The notes under the pieces: generated by a model | The model's database searches: none | What the model saw: the letters and a program-made list of their open reading frames with translations, nothing else | What the model was told of the DNA's origin: nothing | Part shown: positions 53,172 through 61,786 of the stretch, one piece after another | Position numbering within the stretch: position 1 is the stretch's first letter | Layout of the letters: every line of letters starts with the position of its first letter | Position numbers and translations under genes: made by a program | IMG/VR virus record: IMGVR_UViG_3300037089_000505 | Span: 79,948 to 143,947 of that record | DNA length: 64,000 bases | Source: a virus | Strand: one strand, 5' to 3'

Positions 53172-53729
53172 TTGTATACAAACAATATTGATGACTGGAT
53201 GGCTGTATCAGATCTTGAATTAGATTACTTATATGAGACAGCCAAAACTATGGACTCTATTGTTGAAATAGGATCTTATAGAGGGCGAAGCACAGACGCC
53301 TTACTAAATGGTTGCAAAGGCACTGTATATGCAATAGATCCTTTTATAATTCCCACAGTAGGTCCTAACGCAAATAGTTATGAGATATTCGTAAAGAATG
53401 TAGGTCACTATCCAAATCTTAAAGTGCTCAAGATGCAAAGCCAAAGTGCATTAGCCCACTTTATGGATCAATCCGTCGATATGGTTTTTATTGATGGATG
53501 CCACATTTTTTCCGAGTGTCGATTTGACATTACACATTGGTTGCCCAAAACTCGTAAGTTAATTTGTGGGCACGACTATTACCCAGAATCTTTCCGCGAA
53601 ACAATGTCACAGACGCTTCCACTATGGCGTTATACTATACAAGTAAGTCAAGCAGTGAATAGTGTATTCAACCCTACAGAAGTAAATTTACCAGTCGGGA
53701 CAATTTGGGCAGTTAAACTTGGAAAGTGA
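53172..53729 (+). CDS. class I SAM-dependent methyltransferase (Methyltransf_24-like)
   Basis: VEIGSYRGRST, YAIDPF, DMVFIDGCH and ICGHDY. Confidence 0.88.
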   Translation: MYTNNIDDWMAVSDLELDYLYETAKTMDSIVEIGSYRGRSTDALLNGCKGTVYAIDPFIIPTVGPNANSYEIFVKNVGHYPNLKVLKMQSQSALAHFMDQSVDMVFIDGCHIFSECRFDITHWLPKTRKLICGHDYYPESFRETMSQTLPLWRYTIQVSQAVNSVFNPTEVNLPVGTIWAVKLGK

Positions 53730-53735
53730 GCTTAT

Positions 53736-55046
53736 ATGGCATTTGATGTAATCCTTATCGTTGGAAGTAGAGTTATGAACAACGATTACGGACACACACT
53801 TCCTATTGGGGCAATCTACAATAAGCTATTAAACAAATGTGATATGAAAGTGTGTAACGTCGAAGATGGCAGCAGTAAAATTCCTGAAGCTAAATTTTAT
53901 GGCATATCGGCTTATTACCATGAATGGGACAGAACTCAGAAAATTATTGAAAAATTGAAATCAAAATATCCTAAATCAACTGTTATTGTTGGGGGATGTT
54001 TTGCAACAGCTTTTCCAGAAATGATCCTTGAGTGTTCTTTTGTTGATTATGTGTGTCTTGGTGAAGGCGCATTTACCATGGAAAAATTGGTATTGAAAAA
54101 TATACCGCCGGAGTCTATACCAAATATTCAATCGAGGACAAAAAAAGGAATTTTGGATATATACGAAATAGCTGATTGTTCGAACATCATCAGAGAAAAC
54201 ATAAAAGGCACTTGGAGAAATGTATGGCTACCCACAATGAGAGGATGTCCTTTCAAATGTTCTTATTGTAGTGCATCCGCATCAGAGTTTATGTCAAGAA
54301 ATTTTTTCTATCCGATTAACCAAATAGAAAAGGATGTAGAGTTTCTATCACAAAATCAAGAAAATTTTCAACACGTATTTTTCACTTCAGCCAATGGATG
54401 GTTACCAAGTCTTGATAGTTTCGTAAGATCCGTTTTAGATTTATTTGTTAAATATAAAGTATATGTTCCTATCTGTTTTATGATAAGACCAGAATGTTGT
54501 GTACACAGTAAATTTCGAAAATTACTTAGCGACTATTCTAGTCTAAGATTTGGGCTATACACCGGAGTTGAAAATTTTGACGATAAAATACTTGCTGATT
54601 TCAATAAGGGTTACACAGCACAACGAGTCTATAGCTGGTTAACTGAAATAGCAAAATACGATAACGTTGATATGTTAATGGTAAATTTAATTGTAGATAC
54701 TCCAAAAGAAAATGCTGAGTCTATTCAAATAAACAAATATTGGGTGCAGAAAATTTACAAAGACATCTTTAATAAAGAAGAGTATCTCCCGAAGAACTAT
54801 GCTTTTTCGAGTGCTACTTCGATTATTCCTTTACCTGGAACAAAATACTTTGGATATCAAAAGACAAACATTTATATTGGACTTCAAAGACTTCCAGACG
54901 ACGAAAATGAGAAGAGAAAGAACATTCATTTTGGACTTCAACGAATCATCAATGAAGAAAACGAAAAGAGAAAAAACTTGATTTTATCAAAAGGAATTTC
55001 ATCAAAAATGTTGTTAATTCAGCGGGAGAAAAACCTCATGATATAA
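53736..55046 (+). CDS. B12-binding radical SAM protein
   Basis: IVGG.FAT.FPE, DYVCLGEG, RGCPFKCSYC, GVEN and I...P.E. Confidence 0.85.
   Translation: MAFDVILIVGSRVMNNDYGHTLPIGAIYNKLLNKCDMKVCNVEDGSSKIPEAKFYGISAYYHEWDRTQKIIEKLKSKYPKSTVIVGGCFATAFPEMILECSFVDYVCLGEGAFTMEKLVLKNIPPESIPNIQSRTKKGILDIYEIADCSNIIRENIKGTWRNVWLPTMRGCPFKCSYCSASASEFMSRNFFYPINQIEKDVEFLSQNQENFQHVFFTSANGWLPSLDSFVRSVLDLFVKYKVYVPICFMIRPECCVHSKFRKLLSDYSSLRFGLYTGVENFDDKILADFNKGYTAQRVYSWLTEIAKYDNVDMLMVNLIVDTPKENAESIQINKYWVQKIYKDIFNKEEYLPKNYAFSSATSIIPLPGTKYFGYQKTNIYIGLQRLPDDENEKRKNIHFGLQRIINEENEKRKNLILSKGISSKMLLIQREKNLMI
54867..54974 (+). repeat. 2 x 54-nt in-frame tandem duplication
   Basis: NIYIGLQRLPDDENEKRK / NIHFGLQRIINEENEKRK. 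Confidence 0.85.
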
Positions 55047-55065
55047 TTCGCATATTTCTTTCTTT

Positions 55066-55138
55066 CGGGGTGTAGCCCAGTGGCTAAGGCGCTTGGTTTG
55101 GGACCAAGAAATCGGCGGTTCAAATCCGCCCACCCCGA
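55066..55138 (+). tRNA. tRNA-Pro(TGG)
   Basis: CGGGGTG/CACCCCG-A; CTTGG-TT TGG GA-CCAAG. Confidence 0.93.
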
Positions 55139-55140
55139 CA

Positions 55141-56664
55141 ATGGATAAACGAGAGGTCATTGAACTACTGAAATATCCACGATGTAAAAATTGCTATCTA
55201 TATGACAAACATGGAATAGTAACGACCGGCCTTAACCGAACAATATGTTATGAGCGGTCGCCCGATGAACCAGCTTGTAATCATTGGTGGGACAAAAATG
55301 GATAAGCGGAAAATTATTGACCTATTAAAATCTCACACTTGCGACAATTGCTACTATCACTCTATTCATTGCCATTATTTACAGTTACTCGGAGGCACCT
55401 GAGCGCGGTAGAGAATTACCACCAGAACATATTTGTATTCATTGGTCTAAAGATGGATAAACGAGAAGTTATTGATTTACTAAAGCCTCATATCTGTGAA
55501 AACTGTTATTTTTACGGTTTTGTGTCTTATCGCAAGGATGTCGATCCCACGCCTTGGTGTGGCGGAAGTGCTTTTCATGTTAATCATCCTATACCTAAAA
55601 GTCATACTTGCTCTAAATGGTCAACTGAAACAATGATCAAAGCTATTGATAGGCAACTCAATGAATCTAACAAATAATAAAGAAACTACTCTCGGCCTTT
55701 TACGCGGAGGATGCTGCTACGATTGTAAGCATTGCGTAACCGATGTAGATCCCAAGACTGATTCTTACTTTGCCTATTGCGACTTGAGACCTTCTATTCA
55801 CTTTCCTGAAAGGCAAAACTTACCAGACGTCATACATAGATCCTGTAGAAAATTTGTGAAATACCCAATGTTGCAACATGCAACTACGCAAATTAAGTTA
55901 AGCGAAGCATTGATTGACTTATTCAAAATATGACCAAAAAAGAAACAACTAAGTCAGCACTAAAAGGCTATATTTGTCTTTGGTGCCTCAATCTTTTTAA
56001 TAGAACTAAAGCTGAATGCATACGCGAATTAGAATATGGACATCGCTGCATACATATCCGAATGGAAATGAAATGACTAAAAAAGAAATAACGAAGTCAG
56101 TCCTAAGCAATAACGTTTGCGTTGAATGTGCCAGAAAGTTAAAGTCAAAAATCAACGCTGATGTAAAGTATGGGTGGATTTGCGTACACTCAGTCAAGCA
56201 ATCATCATTCGTTCGAACAGTACATGCTGTTGCGGAACAAAATGCCAAAGCAGGTAGAGTTTTTCCACCATTATCCTGGAGTAAAGATGACTAAAGAAGA
56301 AGTCATTAAAATGCTCAAGACGTTCACACCACTAGAAAGAGCATTAGAGTTTGAAAAACTCTTTCTTTTAGAGTGCTCTAAGTTGAACGTCAAACCAATG
56401 TATTCTAAGCCGATAATTTGTGGGGATGGCTCCTTCATGATTGAGGTTTACTACGGCAAACAAGGTGCTTGGAATAGTAAACGATTGGGATTTGATTTTG
56501 AACCAGATGGTGGAAATTTCTTTTGGTATATTGGTCGAGGTCGTTTCAAACACTCTGATTTTCGAGGTGATGGTCATATAGAAGACTTGAGTCTACCAAG
56601 ACTATTGAAGCTATTTTACAAAGAAGCTCTTTGGAGGCAACTCACAATAGGTAATCACTACTGA
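55141..56664 (+). CDS. tandem array of paralogous microproteins (starts 55141, 55298, 55453, 55661, 55930, 56073, 56287)
   Basis: MDKREVIELLK/MTKKETTKSAL-type starts, mostly followed by CxxC; the 55298 copy appears frameshifted. Confidence 0.7.
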
Positions 56665-57415
56665 GCATAGTTCTTAATATGACATACAAGATCAAGTTGA
56701 TGAAACGCTTTAACATCAGTGAAGGCGATATTGAAAATCCTTTTCTTTGGCTTTCCCTTGAAGAGGAATTCAACTTCGTTCCGTTTCATGATCTTGAACT
56801 TACATGGGGCAACTTAGTGATAGAGTTGACGTAGTATCTTACGATCTAAAGTGTGATTTATTTACTGTCACACTACGCCCAGATACAATTACATATATGA
56901 CTCCTCTCGAGCAAAGAATCAAGCCTTATACACTTAGAGGTTGGAAAAAGATATGACGCACCAAGAAGAAATAGAATCCACCGAAAGAGCCAAAAGGTGG
57001 CTTCTGGGCCGTCTCAAGAAAATCGACAAACCAGTTTCCCTCATGAAGCTAGAACAAAATGGTCTACCAGAAGATGTTGAGTCGACTACCCTTCACAGAT
57101 GCTTCTGGTATCTCTTGGAAGATAGACTCATTAAGTTGACTGATGAGAATTTAGTCTACATCACTGAAAAAGGAAAACGTCAAACTCCAGATGAAGAAGA
57201 TGTCATGGGCTATGCGGAGCTTGCAAAATGTCCACCTGGGAAAAAGAAAGCTAGAGATTATGCGATCCACGGCCTCATGACAGACGGGGCTCATCATAAG
57301 CAATGGATCCTTGAGCAAATCCTTATTGCTCTTGGCTATGATTTAGAAGAAATTCACGAACAATTACATAATGTAGATTACGATTGGGAGCCGGGCATCC
57401 CGCCGTAAAATATTT

Positions 57416-57541
57416 GGGAGTGTAGCTTAGAGTGCATAGTAAGGGCGCTACAGCATTGATCACACTACTGTAGAAGAGCTACTATGACGGCAGAGCGGTC
57501 TCTAACCGGGGCGAACGCTGGTTCGAATCCAGCCACTTCCG
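57416..57541 (+). ncRNA. tRNA-like RNA with a 56-nt D-loop insert and a non-canonical anticodon arm
   Basis: GGGAGTG/CACTTCC-G acceptor (G3.U70); GCTGG-TTCGAAT-CCAGC; GCTT/GAGC D-stem; insert stems CATAGTA/TACTATG and CTACAG/CTGTAG. Confidence 0.7.
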
Positions 57542-57638
57542 CGATCTTAACAGGAGGTAGAGTAATGCCACCGCCTAGTTGAAATTTTTATTGTTATGTG
57601 AACTAATTATGATTTAAGCCGAAATGATAGTAGGTGAG

Positions 57639-57678
57639 ACCTTGTCCCATACCTTTTTATGGGACAAGGTTTTATTTT
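57639..57678 (+). terminator. hairpin, probable terminator
   Basis: ACCTTGTCCCATA/TATGGGACAAGGT followed by a U-rich tract. Confidence 0.65.
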
Positions 57679-57832
57679 CAGGAGAACAAAATGCTTATTG
57701 GGGCTTGTAATTGCGAATCTTGTAATGCTTATTATGAGATGCAAAAAAGACTATATGAGAATGAAAAGAAAAATGAAGCCATAAGGCTTTCTCTTCAAAA
57801 AAAGAAAAAACTTTCAGCTCGGAAAAAGAAAC

Positions 57833-58306
57833 ATGACAATACGTAGCACAGTTTTTCCAAGTGATATAGAGAAGGTCAGAGCAATTCTTCAATCGACAAA
57901 CTTCTTTCGGCCAGACGAAATCAAAATAGCAGAAGAGCTCGTAGAAGACGCAGAGAAATACTCACAGTCTGGGTATCATTTTTTCTTCGCCGAAGAAGAC
58001 AAAGAGATGATAGGGTTTACCTGCTATGGTCCTATTGCTTGCACGCTTAGTAGCTTTGATCTTTTTTGGATAGCAGTATCTAGCTCTTCTCAAAACAAGG
58101 GCGTTGGCAAACAATTACTTAAGATCACTGAAGACGCTATTAAAGAAGCATCCAAAGGAACTCGAGTATATATTGAAACTTCAATGAAGGAACTTTACGA
58201 ATCGACAAGAAGTTTCTATGTTAAACAAGGCTATAGAACAGTATCAGTCATATACGATTTCTATGCACCGGGCGACGACAAAGTCACTTACGAAAAAATC
58301 CTTTAA
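57833..58306 (+). CDS. GNAT family N-acetyltransferase
   Basis: FDLFWIAV...QNKGVGKQLL, IETS...Y..TR.FY...GY and DFYAPGDDK. Confidence 0.9.
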   Translation: MTIRSTVFPSDIEKVRAILQSTNFFRPDEIKIAEELVEDAEKYSQSGYHFFFAEEDKEMIGFTCYGPIACTLSSFDLFWIAVSSSSQNKGVGKQLLKITEDAIKEASKGTRVYIETSMKELYESTRSFYVKQGYRTVSVIYDFYAPGDDKVTYEKIL

Positions 58307-58312
58307 TCACAT

Positions 58313-58385
58313 GGTGGATATGGCCTATCGGTTGGGCGCCAGACTGTGGATCTGGTCCAGGCGGGTTCAACTCCCGCTATCCACC
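58313..58385 (+). tRNA. tRNA-His(GTG) with genomically encoded G-1
   Basis: G-GTGGATA/TATCCAC-C; CCAGA-CT GTG GA-TCTGG. Confidence 0.92.
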
Positions 58386-58445
58386 CAAATTATTCTACTA
58401 CTCTTGGGAACTGCATTTTTACTCTGAACTAAGAAAGATAATTTT

Positions 58446-59249
58446 ATGAAAAAAGTAAAATACATTTGCGATGGATGCGGTGTAGAAAAAGAAACTCAAA
58501 TAGGGCATCTCAAAGAAAACGAAAAAAGACATAATGGGAAAATATATTGTATTTCTTGTTCAGCCAAACTTAGCGCTATAGAAAAACATAAGAAGCTTAA
58601 TAAACATCCCCGACTAAAAAATAAATGGAAAAATTCGATAAAGAAAGCTTCGCATAAACGAAAGTCGTTTGCAATCTGTGAAAAATGTGGAAGAAAATTA
58701 TCTTCAAATCAAAAAAATCAACACTTCGTAACATGTGATGGTAATCCAATTCCTAAGAAAAAGAGACACGAAAAACTAAACGGCAAAACAGTTTGGAATA
58801 AAGGGCTTACTTGCGAAACAGATGAAAGAGTTTTAAAAGGAACTATAAATGCTAAGGCTGCGTGGCGGAAAGCTTATGAAAATGGAACGTTCATACCATA
58901 CAGAGCCAAAAACAATTCATTCTTTCGAGGTAAATGTGGTTGGCATAAAACTTGGAATGGTAAAGACGTATTCTATCGAAGTTTATTGGAAAAGAATTAT
59001 TACATAGTCCTTGATAATCAGAAAGTTGATTATGATGTTGAAAATCTTAGAATCAAATACTTTCATCCTAAGCTTAATAGAATTCGATTTGCTATTCCAG
59101 ATATTTATATTCCGTCTACTAATACTATAGTAGAAATAAAACATAAAAATACATTAGACGTAGATATAATGAAGATTAAGAAAATAGCATATATAAACGA
59201 GGGATACAACTTTAAACTTATTTTAGAAGGTAAAGAAATACCTTTTTAA
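58446..59249 (+). CDS. PD-(D/E)xK (TnsA-like) homing-type endonuclease
   Basis: CxxC fingers, WNKGLT.ETD.R, YRSLLE and IPDIYIP..N.IVEIK. Confidence 0.8.
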   Translation: MKKVKYICDGCGVEKETQIGHLKENEKRHNGKIYCISCSAKLSAIEKHKKLNKHPRLKNKWKNSIKKASHKRKSFAICEKCGRKLSSNQKNQHFVTCDGNPIPKKKRHEKLNGKTVWNKGLTCETDERVLKGTINAKAAWRKAYENGTFIPYRAKNNSFFRGKCGWHKTWNGKDVFYRSLLEKNYYIVLDNQKVDYDVENLRIKYFHPKLNRIRFAIPDIYIPSTNTIVEIKHKNTLDVDIMKIKKIAYINEGYNFKLILEGKEIPF

Positions 59250-59256
59250 AACACAT

Positions 59257-59328
59257 TCCTTCTTGGTGAAATAGGCATCACAGTAGACTGTTAATCTATT
59301 ATTCCCAGTTCGAGTCTGGGGGAAGGAG
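59257..59328 (+). tRNA. tRNA-Asn(GTT)
   Basis: TCCTTCT/GGAAGGA-G; GTAGA-CT GTT AA-TCTAT. Confidence 0.9.
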
Positions 59329-59332
59329 CTAA

Positions 59333-59790
59333 GGCTCTATAAGTAGGCGACCCAACGCTACATAAAGAGTTGTTAATTCTCGTGTATTAATTAGATAAGT
59401 AAAGGTAGAGCCACTTACAGATATGAGGAGGCTAACTATGTTAGGCTACTACTTCATATCATTGTAGTGGCCTTACAAATTATGGCGTATACTACAATGA
59501 TTGTGGCGTATGTCGTAGTTGCAAGACACTACAGATAAGGCGCCTGAGCCTGGGAAGTTCAGGCTCTTTATCTAACTGACGGAGATGGGTTTCTCCGCCC
59601 GATATGGCGAAGGCAGTTCGAGTCTGCCTCTGGTTAAACTGGGTTCGAGGCCCAGCGTCAGTTATATCGTTGAGTGCCTAATGATGACTCTGAATCTACA
59701 TTATATCGCCGAAAGGACTTTAAATAGCCACAGCTTAATTCTGTTGGTTTTGCAAGTAGGTGGCCTCAACATTTTCACATACTTATCTCT
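59333..59790 (+). ncRNA. candidate large structured RNA including a double-T-arm module (59573-59664)
   Basis: ~460 nt without a credible ORF, many stems; TAACTGACG/CGTCAGTTA closes a 5-way junction with two GTTCGAG loops. Confidence 0.6.
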
Positions 59791-59796
59791 AGTAAT

Positions 59797-59868
59797 GCGG
59801 TATTGGCCGAACGGTAAGGTGGTAGACCTCCAATCTACTCTTCGTGGGTTCAACTCCCACATACCGCT
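59797..59868 (+). tRNA. tRNA-Gly(TCC), C33
   Basis: GCGGTAT/ATACCGC-T; GTAGA-CC TCC AA-TCTAC. Confidence 0.9.
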
Positions 59869-60393
59869 TGAGTTATTAGACTTTGGAACCAGGCTCATAA
59901 CCTGGGCTGAAAGGTCCGCTATCCCGAGAGGGGGTCTATTTAATTAGAGACAATCGGTGCGACTCCGATAGGTAAGTAAGTGAGCCAAAGTCTAGTAACT
60001 TTTCTTTATGCCTCTAAGCTAACTATATGGAGGCAACACATGACAGAGAACTTAGAAGTATTTTTAGTTTTGAAAGACGGGACGACTATTAAGATTAGTG
60101 GCGAGGCTTCTGTTCTCGTCGTCGAAGAAAATGGAAAGCCTTTATCTACAATAGAAGAATGGTTTAAGAATGCTAACCCTGGCGATATGCGAATTGAAAA
60201 AGACGCTAAGGTAGCACTGAAGAAACTATGAAAGACAATCTAACCATCTTTATACGCTTAAAAGATGGAACAGACATCATGTTTAAGGGCGAAACACAAA
60301 TCGTTTTAGGTAAAGAAAATGACGGTAGTTTACTTAAAGCAGAATTTTAATTTATGGCAATGATGAGTTATCAGTTTCTTTACATCATATTGA

Positions 60394-60992
60394 TTAAACT
60401 ACATCAATCCAATGATTGAAGAGCTCGCCATCTAAGTAAGCAGTTACTCTAAATTTGTAATCTATTGGGAAGCTACCTACAGTAGCACAAAAACCAGTTA
60501 TATGAATTAGATCATCTATAGTTACCCATACTCTTTTGTCAACTTTCTTGTCGAGGTAATTGCTCAATTTATTGGCAAGTTCAACACTTTTAAGCTCGCC
60601 ACCAGCACCAGGCCTAGTATCGAAAATAGTCAACATCAATTTATGTTTATCAGTTATTTTTGAAACGACTTCTTTGAGTATGTTCATCCTACGCGCTCAT
60701 CAAATATGTTACCTTGGAAGTCAATCATTACTTGAAAATCTTTGTCACCATCATCGCCCCAAGTTCCGGTGACGGCCATGTAATCATCCTGTATCTCAAA
60801 GAAGAAATCATTAGGCACATCTATTTCATAGCCTTTAGATCTGAAGAATATTTTAAGCTTCTTGGAAAGTGAAGTGCTTACTAGATCATCATCTTCTATA
60901 TAATCATTTGAGCCAAAAATGATTTTGATGAATTTTCGCTTTTTAGTTTCATCAAGTTCGTTAAGTCTTAAATCTGTGAAGGTTATTCTCAT
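60394..60992 (-). CDS. two minus-strand hypothetical proteins (60684-60992, 60394-60687)
   Basis: overlapping ORFs after AAGATAA-N5-ATG; FIKIIF and LMLTIF motifs. Confidence 0.65.
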
Positions 60993-61033
60993 CTAAGTTA
61001 TCTTTCGAGATAGACTTAGTATCAACTAAACAT

Positions 61034-61119
61034 TGTGGTATAGCTCAGCCTGGTCAGAGCGGCCGCCTGTTAAGCGGAAGGCCGAAAGGTTCACGGGGGT
61101 TCGAATCCCTCTACCACAG
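61034..61119 (+). tRNA. tRNA-Asn(GTT) with a long variable arm
   Basis: TGTGGTA/TACCACA-G; CCGC-CT GTT AA-GCGG; variable region AGGCCGAAAGGTTCAC. Confidence 0.82.
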
Positions 61120-61138
61120 CGAAGAAGGAGCTTTTGTT

Positions 61139-61786
61139 ATGATTGAGTATCCATCAATAATCAATAGTTCAAAAGCTCCACGTAAGCCAATGATAGCTTT
61201 TGAAAAAATCGATGGCAGCAATATCCGCATTAAATGGACACACAAAAGGGGCTTTGACCTTTTTGGTAGCCGGCAACAGTTGCTTGACTCTAGTCATCCT
61301 AGTCTGGGCGGAGTAGTCCAGATCTTCAACGAGCGCTACAAAGATGCTCTTGAGGAAACTTTCAGACATGAGTATGGGAAAGAGAATGAGATCATTGTCT
61401 TCGGCGAATACTTTGGACCCAGCTCTTTCGCCGGAATACATAGCGATCCAATTTCAGCAATGAATTTCTATCTGTTTGATATCCTTTTTGTAAAAAAGAG
61501 CTACACAGAATTTCTTTTGCCACAAGATCTCGTCAAGATCTTCCCCAAATTCGAAAGATTTGGGATGCCTGTACCAAGAGTTGTCTATGAGGGGAACCTC
61601 ACTGATGATTTTATCAGACGGGTCCGCGAAAATGAATTCAATTTGAATGAGGGCGTCGTCTGCAAAGGCACTCAACGTCTTGGATCTTTCCGTGGCAAAG
61701 TCTGGATGTGCAAAATCAAAACGAACGCCTATCTTCAACGTCTCAAAACTAGATTCCAGGAGGACTGGAACAAGTATTACGAATAG
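61139..61786 (+). CDS. RNA ligase (Rnl2-like nucleotidyltransferase domain)
   Basis: YPSI, EKIDGSN, FGEYFG, F.LFDI, EGVVCK and KIKT. Confidence 0.85.
   Translation: MIEYPSIINSSKAPRKPMIAFEKIDGSNIRIKWTHKRGFDLFGSRQQLLDSSHPSLGGVVQIFNERYKDALEETFRHEYGKENEIIVFGEYFGPSSFAGIHSDPISAMNFYLFDILFVKKSYTEFLLPQDLVKIFPKFERFGMPVPRVVYEGNLTDDFIRRVRENEFNLNEGVVCKGTQRLGSFRGKVWMCKIKTNAYLQRLKTRFQEDWNKYYE

Noticed and set aside
57497-57512. Possible amber suppressor or Pyl tRNA (CT CTA A) and stop-codon recoding
   Set aside because: No anticodon stem supports a CTA-centred 7-nt loop, and conserved genes are uninterrupted under the standard code with TAG used as a normal stop
59585-59947. 120-aa ORF and other ORFs overlapping tRNA or tmRNA genes (50904, 50911, 51652, 63273, 32648)
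   Set aside because: They overlap RNA genes and lack SD or recognisable protein features
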